Origin: Epithemia pelagica
Taxonomy: Eukaryota > Protista > Bacillariophyta
Assembly (NCBI GenBank): GCA_946965045.2
Contig: OX337238.1
Location: forward strand, 1,116,001 to 1,180,000
DNA: 64,000 bases
Direction: 5' to 3'
Position 1 is the first letter of the stretch; each line of letters begins with the position of its first letter. Made by a program: the position numbers and the translations under genes. Under the pieces are notes generated by a model that had not been told where the DNA came from, ran no database searches, and worked only from the letters and a program-made list of their open reading frames with translations. Shown in pieces: positions 1-13,046 of this stretch.

Positions 1-222
1 TAACATGTGACAGATATAAACACGATAAGCATTGGGGATTCTTTCGTCCGCTTCTCCGGCTTCCGGCACTACAAAAACATGGCGCCCAAAGAACAGCAAT
101 AGCGGACAGAGGGCGAAGGACGATTGACATTCGAGACTTCCACGTCTTTGACAACATATCCAGCTTGAATTGAACAACACTGCAGCTGCATACGACCAAC
201 AAAAGAAAAATACGTGAAGAAC

Positions 223-3063
223 ATGAGGCAGAAGAAATCCCACCGAATATCGGTGCCTTCTCCTCCACGAAAGCCAACGGAAAGTGAATGTATGAATGAG
301 GACTTGGAGATGGCCAGTACAAATAATCTTGGGGAGAGCCATCTTGCTCCGCCAAACGAGCATACGGCAGACGAAGATGCGTCCAACTCAATGACCGCTT
401 CCTTATCTAGAAGCGTGGGAGGTCACTGGGCAACCACGAGTAAGAGATTCATGACTATATCTCCTTTTCACAAGATGAGCGACTTATAATGTGTTTCTTT
501 GCTCGACCTCTGTCAAAAACAGGGACGATTATGGTTCTGATATTCGCCCTCAGTTTAGCAACTTGCTTGTCGTTTATCGCAGTGGGAGTTTCACGAGCCA
601 AAGACAGAGAAGAAGATGATTTTCATCGAGATGCTCAAGACTTTGTCAAAAAAATTCAGGCGAGTTGGGATGAGTACGTGAATGCAGCATCGTTAGTTCA
701 TGCTCGTTGTCGTGACGGTTCCTTTACCCGTTCCGAGTTTCGGGAAATGTATGAATATTTGGTTGCCGGTGGTTTGGATTTCAAGGCCGTCCAATTTGAT
801 CCACTAGTGCCTCACGAAAAACGACAAGAGATGGAGGATGAGGCTCGAGCTTATTTTGCCGAATATTACCCTCACGTAGACTACAAAGGAATCAGGGGCT
901 TTGAACCTAACATCCCGGGCCTGTCTCATCGATCTGATCAACCTTTTTACTATCCAATTCACTATATGGAACCAGTCCGAGGAAATGAGGCAGCGATTGA
1001 TTTAGATTATTACTCATCTGAATCCAGACGAAAAACAGTGGATGCTGTATTAAGTCGAGGCTTGCCGGCTGTGACAAATCGTCTTGTTTTAGTCAAAACA
1101 CCTGGTGAAGTGAATCGATGTACGCCAGATGATGACGATGCCTATGGAGTCGTCTTGATGCACCCTGGTGTCAATCTGACATCACAACCTGATATCTGGC
1201 CGAAAGAATTTTCATCCTTTGTCATTTGCATGCCTCAACTCTTGTTCAAGGCGACCGAAACGCAAGTCAAAAGCTTAGCTGTCTACATTCACGATAGCAC
1301 ACCGGCAGACCACCGTCATCGTGATCCGGATTTCTTGGGTGCTCTTCGTGCCGATGTCAAAGGCATTGGGGATGTCCAGTATACCCTTCTTGATGAAGTA
1401 TCTCTTTCGTCATTAAACGGTAATGGTCTCTACCACCGTCAAGACATCCCGGTGGCGAATCGAATGTGGACTATTACTGTGGTACCTGTGGACGGAACAT
1501 ACAATCCGCACTTGGTGTTTGTCATTCTAGGTGGCAGTATCATTTTTGTTGCTGGGCTTTGTCTGACCCTGTGGGTGTACGCCAACACGGCTCGCATACG
1601 GAAGTTCAATGCCATGAAATTCGAATCCGAAGCTGAGAAGGCAAAACTTATTCTGGACAATGCTCGACAAGCGACCCGAGCTGAACGAGAGCTGAACGAT
1701 TTTATTGCACACGAGGTGCGAAATCCGGTCGCAGCCGCCATGGCAGCCACTAGCTTTGTGAAAACAGCAATCCTCAAAGACCCTCCCCTGGTGGACGAGG
1801 AAGCGCGGCAACAAGCACGTGACGATGTGGGTGTGATTGAAAGTGCTCTGACGTTTGTCAATGACTTGTTGCGCAATATGTTGGATATGCATCGCGCGGC
1901 CGACAAACAACTCAAAGTCAGCAAGAGTGCAACGGATGTTTTGCATGATGTTTTGGAACCTGTTCATGCCATGTTGCATCAGAAAAGAGATCGCGTTGAA
2001 CTCATTATTGAATGTACACCCAACCTATACGTCATGACTGATTCTCTTCGATTGAAACAAGTAATATTGAACTTGGGTCGTAATTCGGCCAAGTTTGTCA
2101 ATGATGGTTTCATAAGGCTTCGTGCTGAAGTTGTCAACAATGAAGTGATTTTGTCCGTGGAAGATTCGGGACCTGGAATACCGCAACAAAAAAGGGAGCT
2201 TCTGTTCGCCAAGTTCCAAGAAAGTTTGGATCGACTAAGCCAAGGGACGGTGAGTTATCTTTAGCACAAAGCTTTTGTGTTCTGATGAACTGATGGCTAA
2301 TGCATCGATTTTGTTCATTAAATCTACACAGGGAATTGGCTTGTTTCTTTGTAAGAATTTGGTAGAGCTGATGGGAGGGGAAATCTCTCTGGATGACGAC
2401 TACGATAGTGGAATTCCAAATCAACCAGGTACCCGATTTGTTGTGAACTTGAAGGTCCAACCCGTGGATGTGTCGGTGGCTGAGCTAGTTTCACCGTCTG
2501 TTGACGAGACAGCTTCTGGAGAATTTGACGATGTTGAAAATGCTTTGGAAGAGGACGTTTCGCATGATGGTACAGAGAACAAGGACAGCCAAGGAACTGA
2601 AGAAACCTCACCTAGCAGTGACGTAGAAACTACAAGTGCAACGTCCCCGATTCCACGCAACAGGAGTTTCCCAAAGAATCTACCTCCAAATCTATCTGTT
2701 TTGCTTGTTGATGATGATTCCATGATTCGCAAAATGTTCTCACGAGCTATTGTAACAGTAGCCCCCACGTGGACCTTTCGACAAGCTGCTAATGGTGAGA
2801 CGGCTCTTCGCATAACAGAGGACGAACAGTTTGATCTAATTTTCATGGATATGTATATGGCCAGTGTTGAGAAACAATTGTTGGGAACTGAGACTGTGGC
2901 GGAAATGCGTTCCAGAGGCATCAAGTCCCGAATATGCGGCTTGTCGGCCAACGACAAGGAAATTGAATTTTTGGAAGTTGGGGCTGATGCATTTGCCTTC
3001 AAACCATTTCCCTGCGCACCGGCAGCCCTCACAGCAGAACTCTTACGTGTCCTTTATAGCTGA
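223..3063 (+). CDS. Hybrid sensor histidine kinase (TM-CHASE-TM-HisKA-HATPase-REC); exons 223-439, 523-2249, 2332-3063
   Basis: Two hydrophobic helices flank a CHASE-like region (YPIHYMEPVRGNEAAIDLD). H-box AHEVRNP, N-box LNLGRNSAKF, G1 DSGPGI. A phase-0 GT-AG intron at 2250-2331 restores G2 QGT|GIGL. Receiver motifs LLVDDD/LIFMD/AFKPF. A phase-1 GTAAGA...CAG intron at 440-522 joins the upstream ORF. Confidence 0.9.
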
Positions 3064-4058
3064 GAACAAACCTATGGGATGACAGGGTTTGTGTCGAGCT
3101 TTGCTGAATGTTCGTCTTTTCCTTGATCGGTTGCCCTGCAGTAGCCGATACTTTGTGACTAACGCATGTCAGTTCCACACGTCCTCTCTCATGAATCGAT
3201 ATGCGCAAAGGCAACATGCCCTGAACTCACAAAGAACGAACGAAGGGGTCAACATGGCCAACGATGGTGCTGTCGTTGTATCCTTCAACGGATCTGGTGA
3301 GGAACCTTACGATGCTTCTGCGCCTCATATTGAAAGCACACGATCCGACGAGACCATGAGTGGCTTCCATTCTCACATGCGTGCAGTTGAGAGCAAACGA
3401 CTTATTGAGAAAAAGTGGTTCACGTCAAAGTACGTCTATATAAATTAATGTGTTCACAATCCCAATAATGGCATGGTCGTAAGCTCCTTCATGATCTGGT
3501 GCCGGGGAAATCTTCATGCACTCGCACTTACAGAGAGTGATTGATAAGTTAATATAGTCACAAGTAATCGATGTCGTGTTGTCCGAGCCCGAATTTACCT
3601 GCCGCATGGTGACATGTGGACAAGACGACCGCATAGCTTCGTTAAACTCCAGAAGGCGAGTGGAGATAAGCTTCTCAATGAATGCATACCAAAAGTGTTA
3701 ATATAACATGGTTGAAATCTGATATATTCGTTCGTGGACGGCATCTTTTCTAAAGGAGCCTTCGGCGGAAAAAGAAGACATGGTCAGACGGACGGCTGCT
3801 CTGATGTCAAAATATCTTCTCGGTGTATAGTTGAGTAGTCTTCCTGAGGAGTTACCATGTCTAAGAGAGAGTGTGCGAATAATTTTGTCTAGACATTATC
3901 GTTGGACCGAACGGTCTCTCGTCACGTCCACATGTCATCTAAGAATTTAATTCTTGTCTTCTGGTCCTCCACCGGTTCTTTCGCCTCAGAGAGTATTGTG
4001 GAAAGGTGTTATATACGTTTGATGATACTGTGGCAGCTTTGATACAGTTAAGCTGTTC

Positions 4059-5128
4059 TTACTTTCCTTCGGGGAAGAGAATGGCACGAATCGACGGCAA
4101 AAGTTCTTCGTACACAAGCTTAAGACGCGATTGCATGGTGTTGTCACATACCAATTTTCCATTAAGCGCGGTCAACAAGACACCACCGGATGATTTTTCG
4201 GACAAGTGTTTGGAAGCATCCTCATTGAGTTTGACAATGGGTTTCAGTGTAACACCCGACTCGCGTTGCATGATTTCAACATATTCCGCCACGGCAGGAG
4301 CCAAAATCTTTTGCACAGTCGCCACATCTTCGGCACGGCAGAAGACAGTGACTTCGTTTTCCTCAATCTTGATCAACCCTTGCACAATCAATTTTTGCAA
4401 CAATTGGGGGTAATTGGCACCTCGTGCCACGACACCACATTTAGAAGTGGATTCTGTCATGAGATTACCCAAAAGTTCATCACGAATCTTCATTTTCTTC
4501 ACACGACATTCACCAATTTCAGCTGAACGAGAAATGCGTTCCTTGATTTCATTATCTTTTTCCTTCTTGGCAAATTCATCTTGGATGCGCAATTTGGCCT
4601 CGTGAACCAAAGTTTGCTTCTCCAAGTTGAAATCGTGTTCCGTCTAAGGAGTAGAGTTGATGCAGATATTCAAAAAACCACGATAAAGCGGAACAAAGAG
4701 AGAATGAAAAGTCAGGTCAGTCTCTTCGAATGATACACAGGGGGTGGTGATGCAAGTGCCAATGACGACAACAAGAGGGAGCAAGGGCAAACAATGCTGC
4801 CACTTCTCTTCATCCAAAGGACGCTTATCAATTCTAGAGTGCCGCAGACGACAACAACCTGTTTTCAGGCTCTAGCGGTCATTGTGCTTTCGTCACATCG
4901 ACGATCCAGTGGATTGCAATGGCTTGTCCAAGAAATTCCATCCAGAGCTTGGACAATATCCGTTGTGTTTACGACTGTGTCGCAAAGAGTAGTATAAAAA
5001 TCATCCGCATTGCAACTCCTGTGGGAGCGGTCCCTTCATCTTACCTTGACACGGATTTCGTTGGCCTTTTCATGGGCCTCTTGGAGAATGAAATTCACCA
5101 TTTGTCGAATTTGGTCGGTGGCTGCCAT
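4059..5128 (-). CDS. ATP6V1E: V-type H+-ATPase subunit E; exons 5128-5045, 4643-4059
   Basis: MAATDQIRQMVNFILQEAHEKANEIRVK|TEHDFNLEKQ...GGVLLTALNGKLVCDNTMQSRL is the classic subunit E signature. Phase-0 GTAAG...TAG intron at 4644-5044 (401 nt). Confidence 0.95.
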
Positions 5129-5940
5129 GGTTGTTGTCCTTCTTCGGTTGCAATGATATGGAACTAGGTAGGTAGTGCGCAGTTGTGTTGCAATGCGCCA
5201 GTGTGGAGTAAAAATAATAGAGCACAAAATGGAAATATTTCTTGGAGCAATGATTCACTATCGGACACCGTACAGACCGACAATTGTGCCGTGGACACGA
5301 AATGCGACTAATCAGGAGGTCCCGAGCCATCACGGGACACGAGCCGCTCTTGGCGATGGTATGGTAGGGGCATATGAGACCATTCTTCAAAAAGCCAATG
5401 TTGCCTATAGCTCTATTGTATTGTACATTTTGTCACGCCGGCATTGCCATGATCTCGACGCATACATAAGGAACTAAATCATATGTAGATATGATGCCGC
5501 GCCAGGCGGACTTTTGTTGTAGCCGACGAACAACATGGAGCGTGTGCCGGGTAGACAGCAAGCGAGGACGTGGACGGAGTGCACGGTCGGTCGTTAGAGC
5601 ACACGCCAAAGGAATTGTGTGACTGGCGGCCGCGAACCGACCATGGTGTTTGCGCCCTCGATAACAACTACATCGTCGACAACCCAACAATTGTTACAAC
5701 GCTATTAGTTGAAAGAGTTTAGTTCCGAGGGACGTTGCACTCCGTTATTATTCTGATTCGTCGTGTTAACCTCGTTAATTGTTTGTCTCCCTGAGTTGTT
5801 GCTGGAAGAACCCATTTTGTTGTGACAACCTGCAATTGGAAGAACACCATCATCATCGACTCCTCAAAAATTCAAACGCAACAAACAGAAAGGGAAAACG
5901 AAGCGAAGCGCGATCACAGCAATACTACATCACTTTGACA

Positions 5941-6976
5941 ATGGGGAACAACCGTCCCAAGGGCCCACTGGGCATTGATCCATTGCAATTTTCAGCCTTT
6001 TTGTTTGCAGTCTTGGTTCTTTTTGTACTATACCTATTATTGCCAAGAGCAATCCGGAAACAATACTTTGGGGCGTATCCTAAACGACATGCATGGAGCG
6101 CCAGAGCAAGGTCACGAAGAGGGCGAGCAGGATATGGTGGACAGGTGCGTGGCTTGTGGCTTTCTTTTGCGACATCACTCGCCAATTGCCGAGTTTGCGC
6201 TCAATGGACGTAGTCTGGTGCTGACCCATATATTTCTTTCCCTCAATGTCATGTACTTCTCACAGTCATCTGTCGGTGACGGAGCTTCGTACACAGGTGG
6301 ATCGTCTTTGGGAACAGGTTCAATCCCTAGTAACAATCGTCCCATGAGCGGTGTAGGCCTGGGTGGTGTTTCTGGAGGTAGAAGAAACGATGAACAAGTG
6401 GTGGATTTTGCTGGGCAGCAAAATTCGCAACAGCATTTATTGGATATGCAACAGAATGATGAAATTGTTATCAGTGCCGCCATGCAACAACTGCGTGATC
6501 CAGGTGTACTGATTGTGGCTCACGGAAGTCGTGGAAAGCCCAAGACGGTGCGTTTGCAATTGACAGAGCAAGCCATAACATGGAGGACGGAAACTCGGAA
6601 AAAGTCAAAGGATAACAAACCCAAAATGGGCAAATTGCATCAAGTACCGCTCTCGCATATCATGTACGTGGATGTGGGCAAGCAAACCACGGCCCTGCGC
6701 AGAGTCGAAAACGCGAGTGTTTCCGAGGCCTTGTGCTTTTCTCTATTAACCAAGGAAGGTTCATTGGACTTGGAAGCCAATTCTCCACGAGAGCGAGATG
6801 CATTGGTATCCTGCTTCTCTCTGGTGTTGGATGAAGTGCATGCTCAAAACTGGAGAGATATTTATCGAGGACCAAGTAGTGATATGCCGAGTTCCTTTGA
6901 TGAATTGGATCCACAAGAAGGAACAGCACATGCACATGATCCCAATCAACAGCAGCAACAACAACTTCCTAAATAG
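5941..6976 (+). CDS. Single-pass membrane protein with C-terminal PH-like domain; exons 5941-6144, 6266-6976
   Basis: N-terminal TM (FSAFLFAVLVLFVLYLLL). Phase-0 intron 6145-6265. C-terminus GKQTTALRR...CFSLLTKEGSLDLEANSPRERDALV resembles PLC/Num1-type PH domains. Confidence 0.75.
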
Positions 6977-7981
6977 CAGCAGGAGGAAGCTGTCTGGAAC
7001 AGGAATCACCCGTTGTCGTACTATGTTTTTCTATCTATGATTACTATTTTAATTGGGCCTACAACAACTGCAAATAGTCTTTAAATAAGGTATGCTAGAG
7101 AATGTAAGAGTTACTTGCAGCGCGATAGGAAGCGATAAATTCCCAGCCTCTTAGTTCGAGCTGAGGCGAATTTCGAGCTATGCAATATGCAACCAGAAAC
7201 CATGCTTCTACGGTAGTGCAGAGGAGGCATGATGGGTGATGGGCTGGAACCTGGAACTAAAACCCAAAATGATTTTTTTCCAGTGAGGAAAGTTTTGTTC
7301 TATCTGCACCTTGAACGGACTCTTTCACAGGATGTATTAACAAGGTCAGTGGCCAAACCAATATTTGTCGCAGTGTGGCATTGACGGAATCCTTTCGCGG
7401 CTTGGAAAACTTGAAGAGAAATGACTGTACCGAATGACAATTGCGATCCGTGCCTCCAGTAATCGGATCCCAGAAAAGACACGGGATCTCAATGATCGGC
7501 GATATGATGGATGCACCTGGATGCACGAGATCTCGCACTCATCGAGCATCAAACGCAATGACAGGGATGGGTCTTTTGATTTTGAAGTGAATCATTCATT
7601 CAGAATGACCAAAGAGCTTCCCATACGCGACCAAATGACGTATTTCGCAATCTGGGTTCTGGCTACGTTGTAGATGGTGGTCACACTTGTGGGACGAATG
7701 GACATGATGCAGTGGGAATTTGACAAAAGTTTTCCTTTCAAGTTTCAAAAGAGGGAAGCAGAAGAAAAGCAAAGGAGAGTAATCCATCACATTGTATTAT
7801 ACAGCTCAGAACAACCCCATCGTATTGAAAGGCCTCGGGTGGTACCTTCAACGTTTGTTTCGCCTTTCGGAAGTTTCCATTGTCTTTCTGCAACTTTATT
7901 TTTTGTGGCCTTGTGCACCAGGAAAACACCTCACGAGATTCCTCGGCCTTGGGGATTGGCACGATTGGTCCCAATCTAATA

Positions 7982-10519
7982 ATGACGTACGGCGAAAACA
8001 GCAACCCCGAAGACACATCGGCATTGACTTTGACAAAATCATCTGAAACACACCATTGCTTGATTTGTTTTGATCCCTTGACATACCGGACCATTTTGCC
8101 CTGCAATCACAACGATGTGTGTCCAGTATGCGCCTTGCGATCACGGCATTTACATGGTGATTTAAAATGTCCAATTTGTAAGAAAGAGAACGAACAAGTC
8201 ATTGTGGACTCCATTCAACAACAAAAAGAATCATTTGACGATTATCCAATATGGGGCAATGATTTGGGAAACGACTTTTTGTTCAAGGAAGAGTACGGGG
8301 GCATGTTTGTTCGTGTGGATTACTATCAACGAGTATTGCAGCCTCTCTTGGGTTATCAGTGTGTCAAATGCAACGACTTTGATGGCACGCAAGAAGAACA
8401 ATGTACACCGGTGGCGGAACAGTCCAATCGAAATCAGCGGCAACAACACAAGTCTCCCTTGCGACTGTTGCAGGATCATTTACGAACGGCTCATCGTTTG
8501 ACTCTGTGTAATTTGTGCGTCGACAATCGACGCGATTTTGTCTCTCGTCTGCCTCGCTTTACTCCTTCACAACTTCAAAAGCACTTGAAACAAGGAGATG
8601 GCCCCAATTCAGCCTTTCGCGGGCACCCCGTATGTGAATTTTGTCGACCCAAGCGGTTCTATGATTTGCAACAGTTGCACGAACATTTGCGTCACGAGCA
8701 CTACAAGTGTGACATGTGCGAGAAACAGGGCAAGCCGAACCAATTTTTCAAAAACTACAACAGTTTGCAACGGCATTTTGATCAACAACACTTTTTGTGT
8801 CACAATCCTGCCTGTTTGGAAGCCCGTTTTGTTGTCTTTGAGAGTGAATTGGACTTGAGACATCATGAACGACAAGTTCACGGTGTGGTTTCATCGGAGT
8901 CCACCAAGATTAATTTGCAATTTCGATACAATCGACCAGTACAACAAGATTCGTATGAAAGACAAGAAGTGCCATCGAATCGAGATTTTGATTATGACTT
9001 GGAGGGACAAGCGTTTGTTCCTGAAGAGTTTGTCGCACCACCGACCAATGGCAGCGATACACCCACCGGAAATCTGGCACACCAACAACAGCAATCATCC
9101 CAGTTGCATCCACTTCATTTGCAGCGAACGGCGCAGTTGCGTGAGCGAGCCGCCCAATTGGCGCAAGAACAGGGACTTGCATCCGCGACACCCGCCTTTC
9201 CCTCCTTGTCGTCTTCGTCTCCAGAGGATGCGAGTAACCAAAACACTTCGTCACAACAACAACTAAGAGTAGGTTGGACGGGAGGAGGGACCATTCAACG
9301 AGTTGGTATTGCCAATCGGAATCCGGTTGTGGGAGCGAACCGTGAGGAGGCCTTTCCGGCCTTGCCCACCAGCAACAATAATAACAAGAAAAAGACCAAA
9401 AAGGCATCCAATCAACCTTTGTCATCTTCTGGTGCTGGTTCCAGGAACACCACCGCGACAGCATCCAGTAATACTTCCACCCTTGTAGCCATCCAACGTG
9501 CTGGGACTTCAGCACCGCCGTCTTGGGGGTCTGGACCTGCAGCTTCTTCCTCTGTGGTGGCACGGACCGCTACGCCCACCGTTGCCACGATGCGCACCGT
9601 AGCGCCACCCGGTCCCAAGGTTTCTGCGACGAGTCCCAATCTGTCTTCCGCCGACCAATTTCCCTCCTTGGGTGGTGGTACCAGTAACAAAAGCAAGAAC
9701 AGCAACATAAGGGCTCAGTCGAATCCCTACGCGTCTGCCAATGCATTGGCAAGACAATTGCACCAATCCAAGCATCCTACCACGAATAGCTGGAACACAT
9801 CTGCTCCATCCTCTTCGGTTCGTGCCATGAGTAGCAAGAATAGCAAGACAAATGGCGTGGGTGTAGCGAAGCCAAAGCAACCACCACAACAGCAACGACA
9901 AGCACCACAAGCTCCTCAACTGAACAGCATGTCACACTTTCCTCCACCGCCTCCGACTGAAGCATCTTTGACCAAAGCATCTATACGAGATCAATGGAGG
10001 AATTCAAGTACGGGAGGATCCAAACCCACAAATCACCAAACAGCCAATGTCCTCCAAGTACCTCTCTCGGCTGCGGCACGGTCCGCATCCTCCTCCTCCT
10101 CTGCATCAGCCAAGTCGGCCATTGAAGATTTGAAAGCCACGCTGGGGAAGCAAAAGTACAAGGAATTAAAACGTCTTACAGGTGAATTCGCGGGTGGAAG
10201 TTTGGATGGAACGGCCTACATTGATTTAGCTGCGGCCCTGTTTGACAAGGGCTACGGGGACGATGAGTTTTGGAATGGCGTTCCCTCCCTGGTGGAGTCT
10301 TGCCCAGCTCCCCCCACTCAAAAGACACGAGCCCTTCAATACTTGTCAGAATTGAAACGACTGCGCCATGGCGCCATGAATGCACAGGCCTTGACAACAG
10401 CGGCAGCTAGCGTTTCCTCCGCATCAAGTGCGGGATCGTCTCGGCAAACACCCAAACCGGCGACGGCAACTGTTCCAACTGGGGCGTGGTCCAAGAACAA
10501 ACCCAAGACAAGACGGTAA
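7982..10519 (+). CDS. ZNF598: ZNF598/Hel2-like RING E3 ubiquitin ligase (ribosome quality control)
   Basis: N-terminal RING (CLIC...CNHNDVCPVC...CPIC), then several C2H2-type fingers (HPVCEFC, LRHEHYKCDMC, HFLCHNPAC), then a long low-complexity tail with FPxL motifs. First ATG at 7982. Confidence 0.85.
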   Translation: MTYGENSNPEDTSALTLTKSSETHHCLICFDPLTYRTILPCNHNDVCPVCALRSRHLHGDLKCPICKKENEQVIVDSIQQQKESFDDYPIWGNDLGNDFLFKEEYGGMFVRVDYYQRVLQPLLGYQCVKCNDFDGTQEEQCTPVAEQSNRNQRQQHKSPLRLLQDHLRTAHRLTLCNLCVDNRRDFVSRLPRFTPSQLQKHLKQGDGPNSAFRGHPVCEFCRPKRFYDLQQLHEHLRHEHYKCDMCEKQGKPNQFFKNYNSLQRHFDQQHFLCHNPACLEARFVVFESELDLRHHERQVHGVVSSESTKINLQFRYNRPVQQDSYERQEVPSNRDFDYDLEGQAFVPEEFVAPPTNGSDTPTGNLAHQQQQSSQLHPLHLQRTAQLRERAAQLAQEQGLASATPAFPSLSSSSPEDASNQNTSSQQQLRVGWTGGGTIQRVGIANRNPVVGANREEAFPALPTSNNNNKKKTKKASNQPLSSSGAGSRNTTATASSNTSTLVAIQRAGTSAPPSWGSGPAASSSVVARTATPTVATMRTVAPPGPKVSATSPNLSSADQFPSLGGGTSNKSKNSNIRAQSNPYASANALARQLHQSKHPTTNSWNTSAPSSSVRAMSSKNSKTNGVGVAKPKQPPQQQRQAPQAPQLNSMSHFPPPPPTEASLTKASIRDQWRNSSTGGSKPTNHQTANVLQVPLSAAARSASSSSSASAKSAIEDLKATLGKQKYKELKRLTGEFAGGSLDGTAYIDLAAALFDKGYGDDEFWNGVPSLVESCPAPPTQKTRALQYLSELKRLRHGAMNAQALTTAAASVSSASSAGSSRQTPKPATATVPTGAWSKNKPKTRR

Positions 10520-12589
10520 ACTGAATGTACTTCGTCTCTATTATCTCTATTCTTGCAAGCTGGGCGAAATGCGTCGATTTGGGAAAAACAAGGTAGTTGG
10601 AGTGTGGGTGTATAGATATGCTCGCAAGGACAAGTGGACACCGGTCATCACGATGGTCCCGAAAACGCCGAGAGGCCTCGAATTCAAGCGGAAAGTCAGT
10701 GCATATGGGTAGTCCTATTATTCCGTGATTTACTTGTCCAGTTCTCTTGTTTCTGGGACTAGTTTGGCTGACGACAACTTTCTTTGTGATGCACAAGACT
10801 TGATGGCTGGTGCATATGACCATAACATTAGCATACAATCTACATCGGAAAAAGTACATGGTAATTCGATGAAAGACACTGATGACAATCTCTAGAAAGA
10901 ACTCAAGGTTCCGTCTATGGGAAGCGGGGCATCCCCTGGACCCTTCGTGCGAGGGGAGAGCCCGTAGCAAGAAGCAGCGACTCAAAACCTGGGAACACAA
11001 GGCGATTGCTCAAACCCGTCGCTGCCGGATTGGAGCTCTAAAAGAACTGTGATGAGAAATGAAGGCAAAGAAGAGGAGGCCTTAGGAGAAATGGTTGGAG
11101 TACTCGTACTTCAAAGGATGAAGTTACAAGGCTGCTTTGACAAGCCGTTCAAGAAAAGATCTACTCCTAGGCGTCAGAACTTCTTCGCGATGGAATGTTG
11201 TCGAAGTCGAGAAGGATTTTAGCCCACCTGCTAGGTAGCCGGTAGGCGTTTCAGAAGCCCCCCGATACCTGAGAATGAGAATGATCGATGAGTATGGGAT
11301 CTGGACGTTTTCTTTCTGATTTGTTTGACCCAGAGTGATTGAAGAGAGGTAGCTCAATGCGGCATGTGTTACTTGGTAGTATGTGGGTAATGCTTGGTGG
11401 TCGCTGGTCTAAGCACGTGACAGCGACGAAGAAGAGTCCAGGTTGCAGCAAGACAGCACCAATTGAACACTAGCACTCAGTTTGTGGACTCTTTCTGATC
11501 GATCTTAGTTGGTAATTATATCATCTCTTCTACATCCCGGTCACGCCCATCTCTTGGCTTGCACTCTAGGCCAATAAAACTGAAGACAAAACTTACCGAC
11601 ATGGTCAGGTTCAGGGTTGACCATTATAGTTCTTGTACCTTCTACCCTTGAATAACAAAATTACTTCAGAGAAAAAGGGGTGATTTTTTGCCCGCATGCA
11701 GATTTAGTCTCGCAGTCCAGTATTTATCCGCCTAGCATATCCCTCTTCCTGTTTGGTTCATCTAGGGGCCCCGGTATCCGGTATTCTCAGATGGGGGTTC
11801 ATTTCCACAATACAGGCAAAACTCGTCAGCCGCCATAACATGAATGGAGAAGGGCGGGCAACACACTACAATATCAGCAACAACTATCACACCACTACCA
11901 ACTACGAGTACAATACTCTACGTACAATAATTAACATTGTTAAAAAAAGGAAAAATCGAAATATTTTATGAAAATGTCAAAAAATGTATAAAATCCATAA
12001 AATACGTCGTAGTTTTCGGTTTTGACCCAACGCATTTTATTGCAGGAATGGGGTTGCAGGTTGCATGTTGCATGGCCCAAGGGAGCTGCCTGAATCAGGG
12101 CATGGGATGAATGATGATGACTTCTGAGAGCAACCGTATCCCTTATCTCTATTGTCCGGCCAGAGCTGTCCCGACCATAGAGGAAGGACGACTTTTCCCT
12201 TCAAATCAATCCATCCCTTGAGGAAAGTCACAGGCGACAGTTTGTGGTCGTTGGTGTTGCGCTCAAGCGAAATGAAATTCGTCCTCCGTACTGCCACAGA
12301 GTTGATCCTCACTGCTTTGAACATCATGACGTCGTAGGAACCAGGAAAATAAAAACATCTCAGCACCGTAAATCTTCTAAAAGATGCTTCGATCAACTAT
12401 TTGTCTGTCACATCAAATATGTCCATGTCATTGGACCCAAAAAATCTCAATTCTTACTCAATGTGTAGAAAGTCGGCGTATCGAACATCGGATGTTATAA
12501 GTTATAAAATATAAAAGGAGTAATGGGGAATGCGGACCCGTCACCTGTCATTGGTTTGGTTTTGGTTGGTGTGTCTGTTGTTGGTCCAG

Positions 12590-12640
12590 CATCCGACATC
12601 CGACATCCGACATCCGACATCTCGAATCTCGACATCTCGA
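12590..12640. repeat. Short tandem repeat (CATCCGA)4 grading into (C)ATCTCGA units
   Basis: Read directly from the sequence. Confidence 0.9.
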
Positions 12641-13046
12641 CAATCGGCAGTCGGCATCGGCAGGGGAATTATTGTGAATTGTGAGCGAATGGTCTGTATA
12701 TTTTCTTAGTGCACCTGTTGAAGACAAAATATATCAGAAATAAATGAAGAATATCTCTTGGAAAAAAGCTTTGAAAAATTTATTTAACAAGAGTGATTGT
12801 CTGGTCGTTTGGTTGGGAGTGCATGGGCACACATCCAAGATTGCCCACATTTTGCAAATTTTGGTGACACCTCGTATCTTCGATCTGTGCCTCACCAGCT
12901 TTTTGTTCCTTGCCCAGGCAACTGAGCTCAGAAGGAACGATCACCTGTATCTTGAAGAGGAATATTGGATGGGTTTGCTGGCTTCCACAACTCTGTAGCA
13001 AAGCGTCCCACCAAGCCAAAAGAGAAAGGACACCGGTTACCGGATC

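Noticed and set aside
3089-3900. Short ORFs between the kinase and V-ATPase genes (similar cases at 7250-7800, 29900-30650 and 34900-35500)
   Set aside because: Multiple stops in all frames and no recognisable motifs; cannot be supported as genes.
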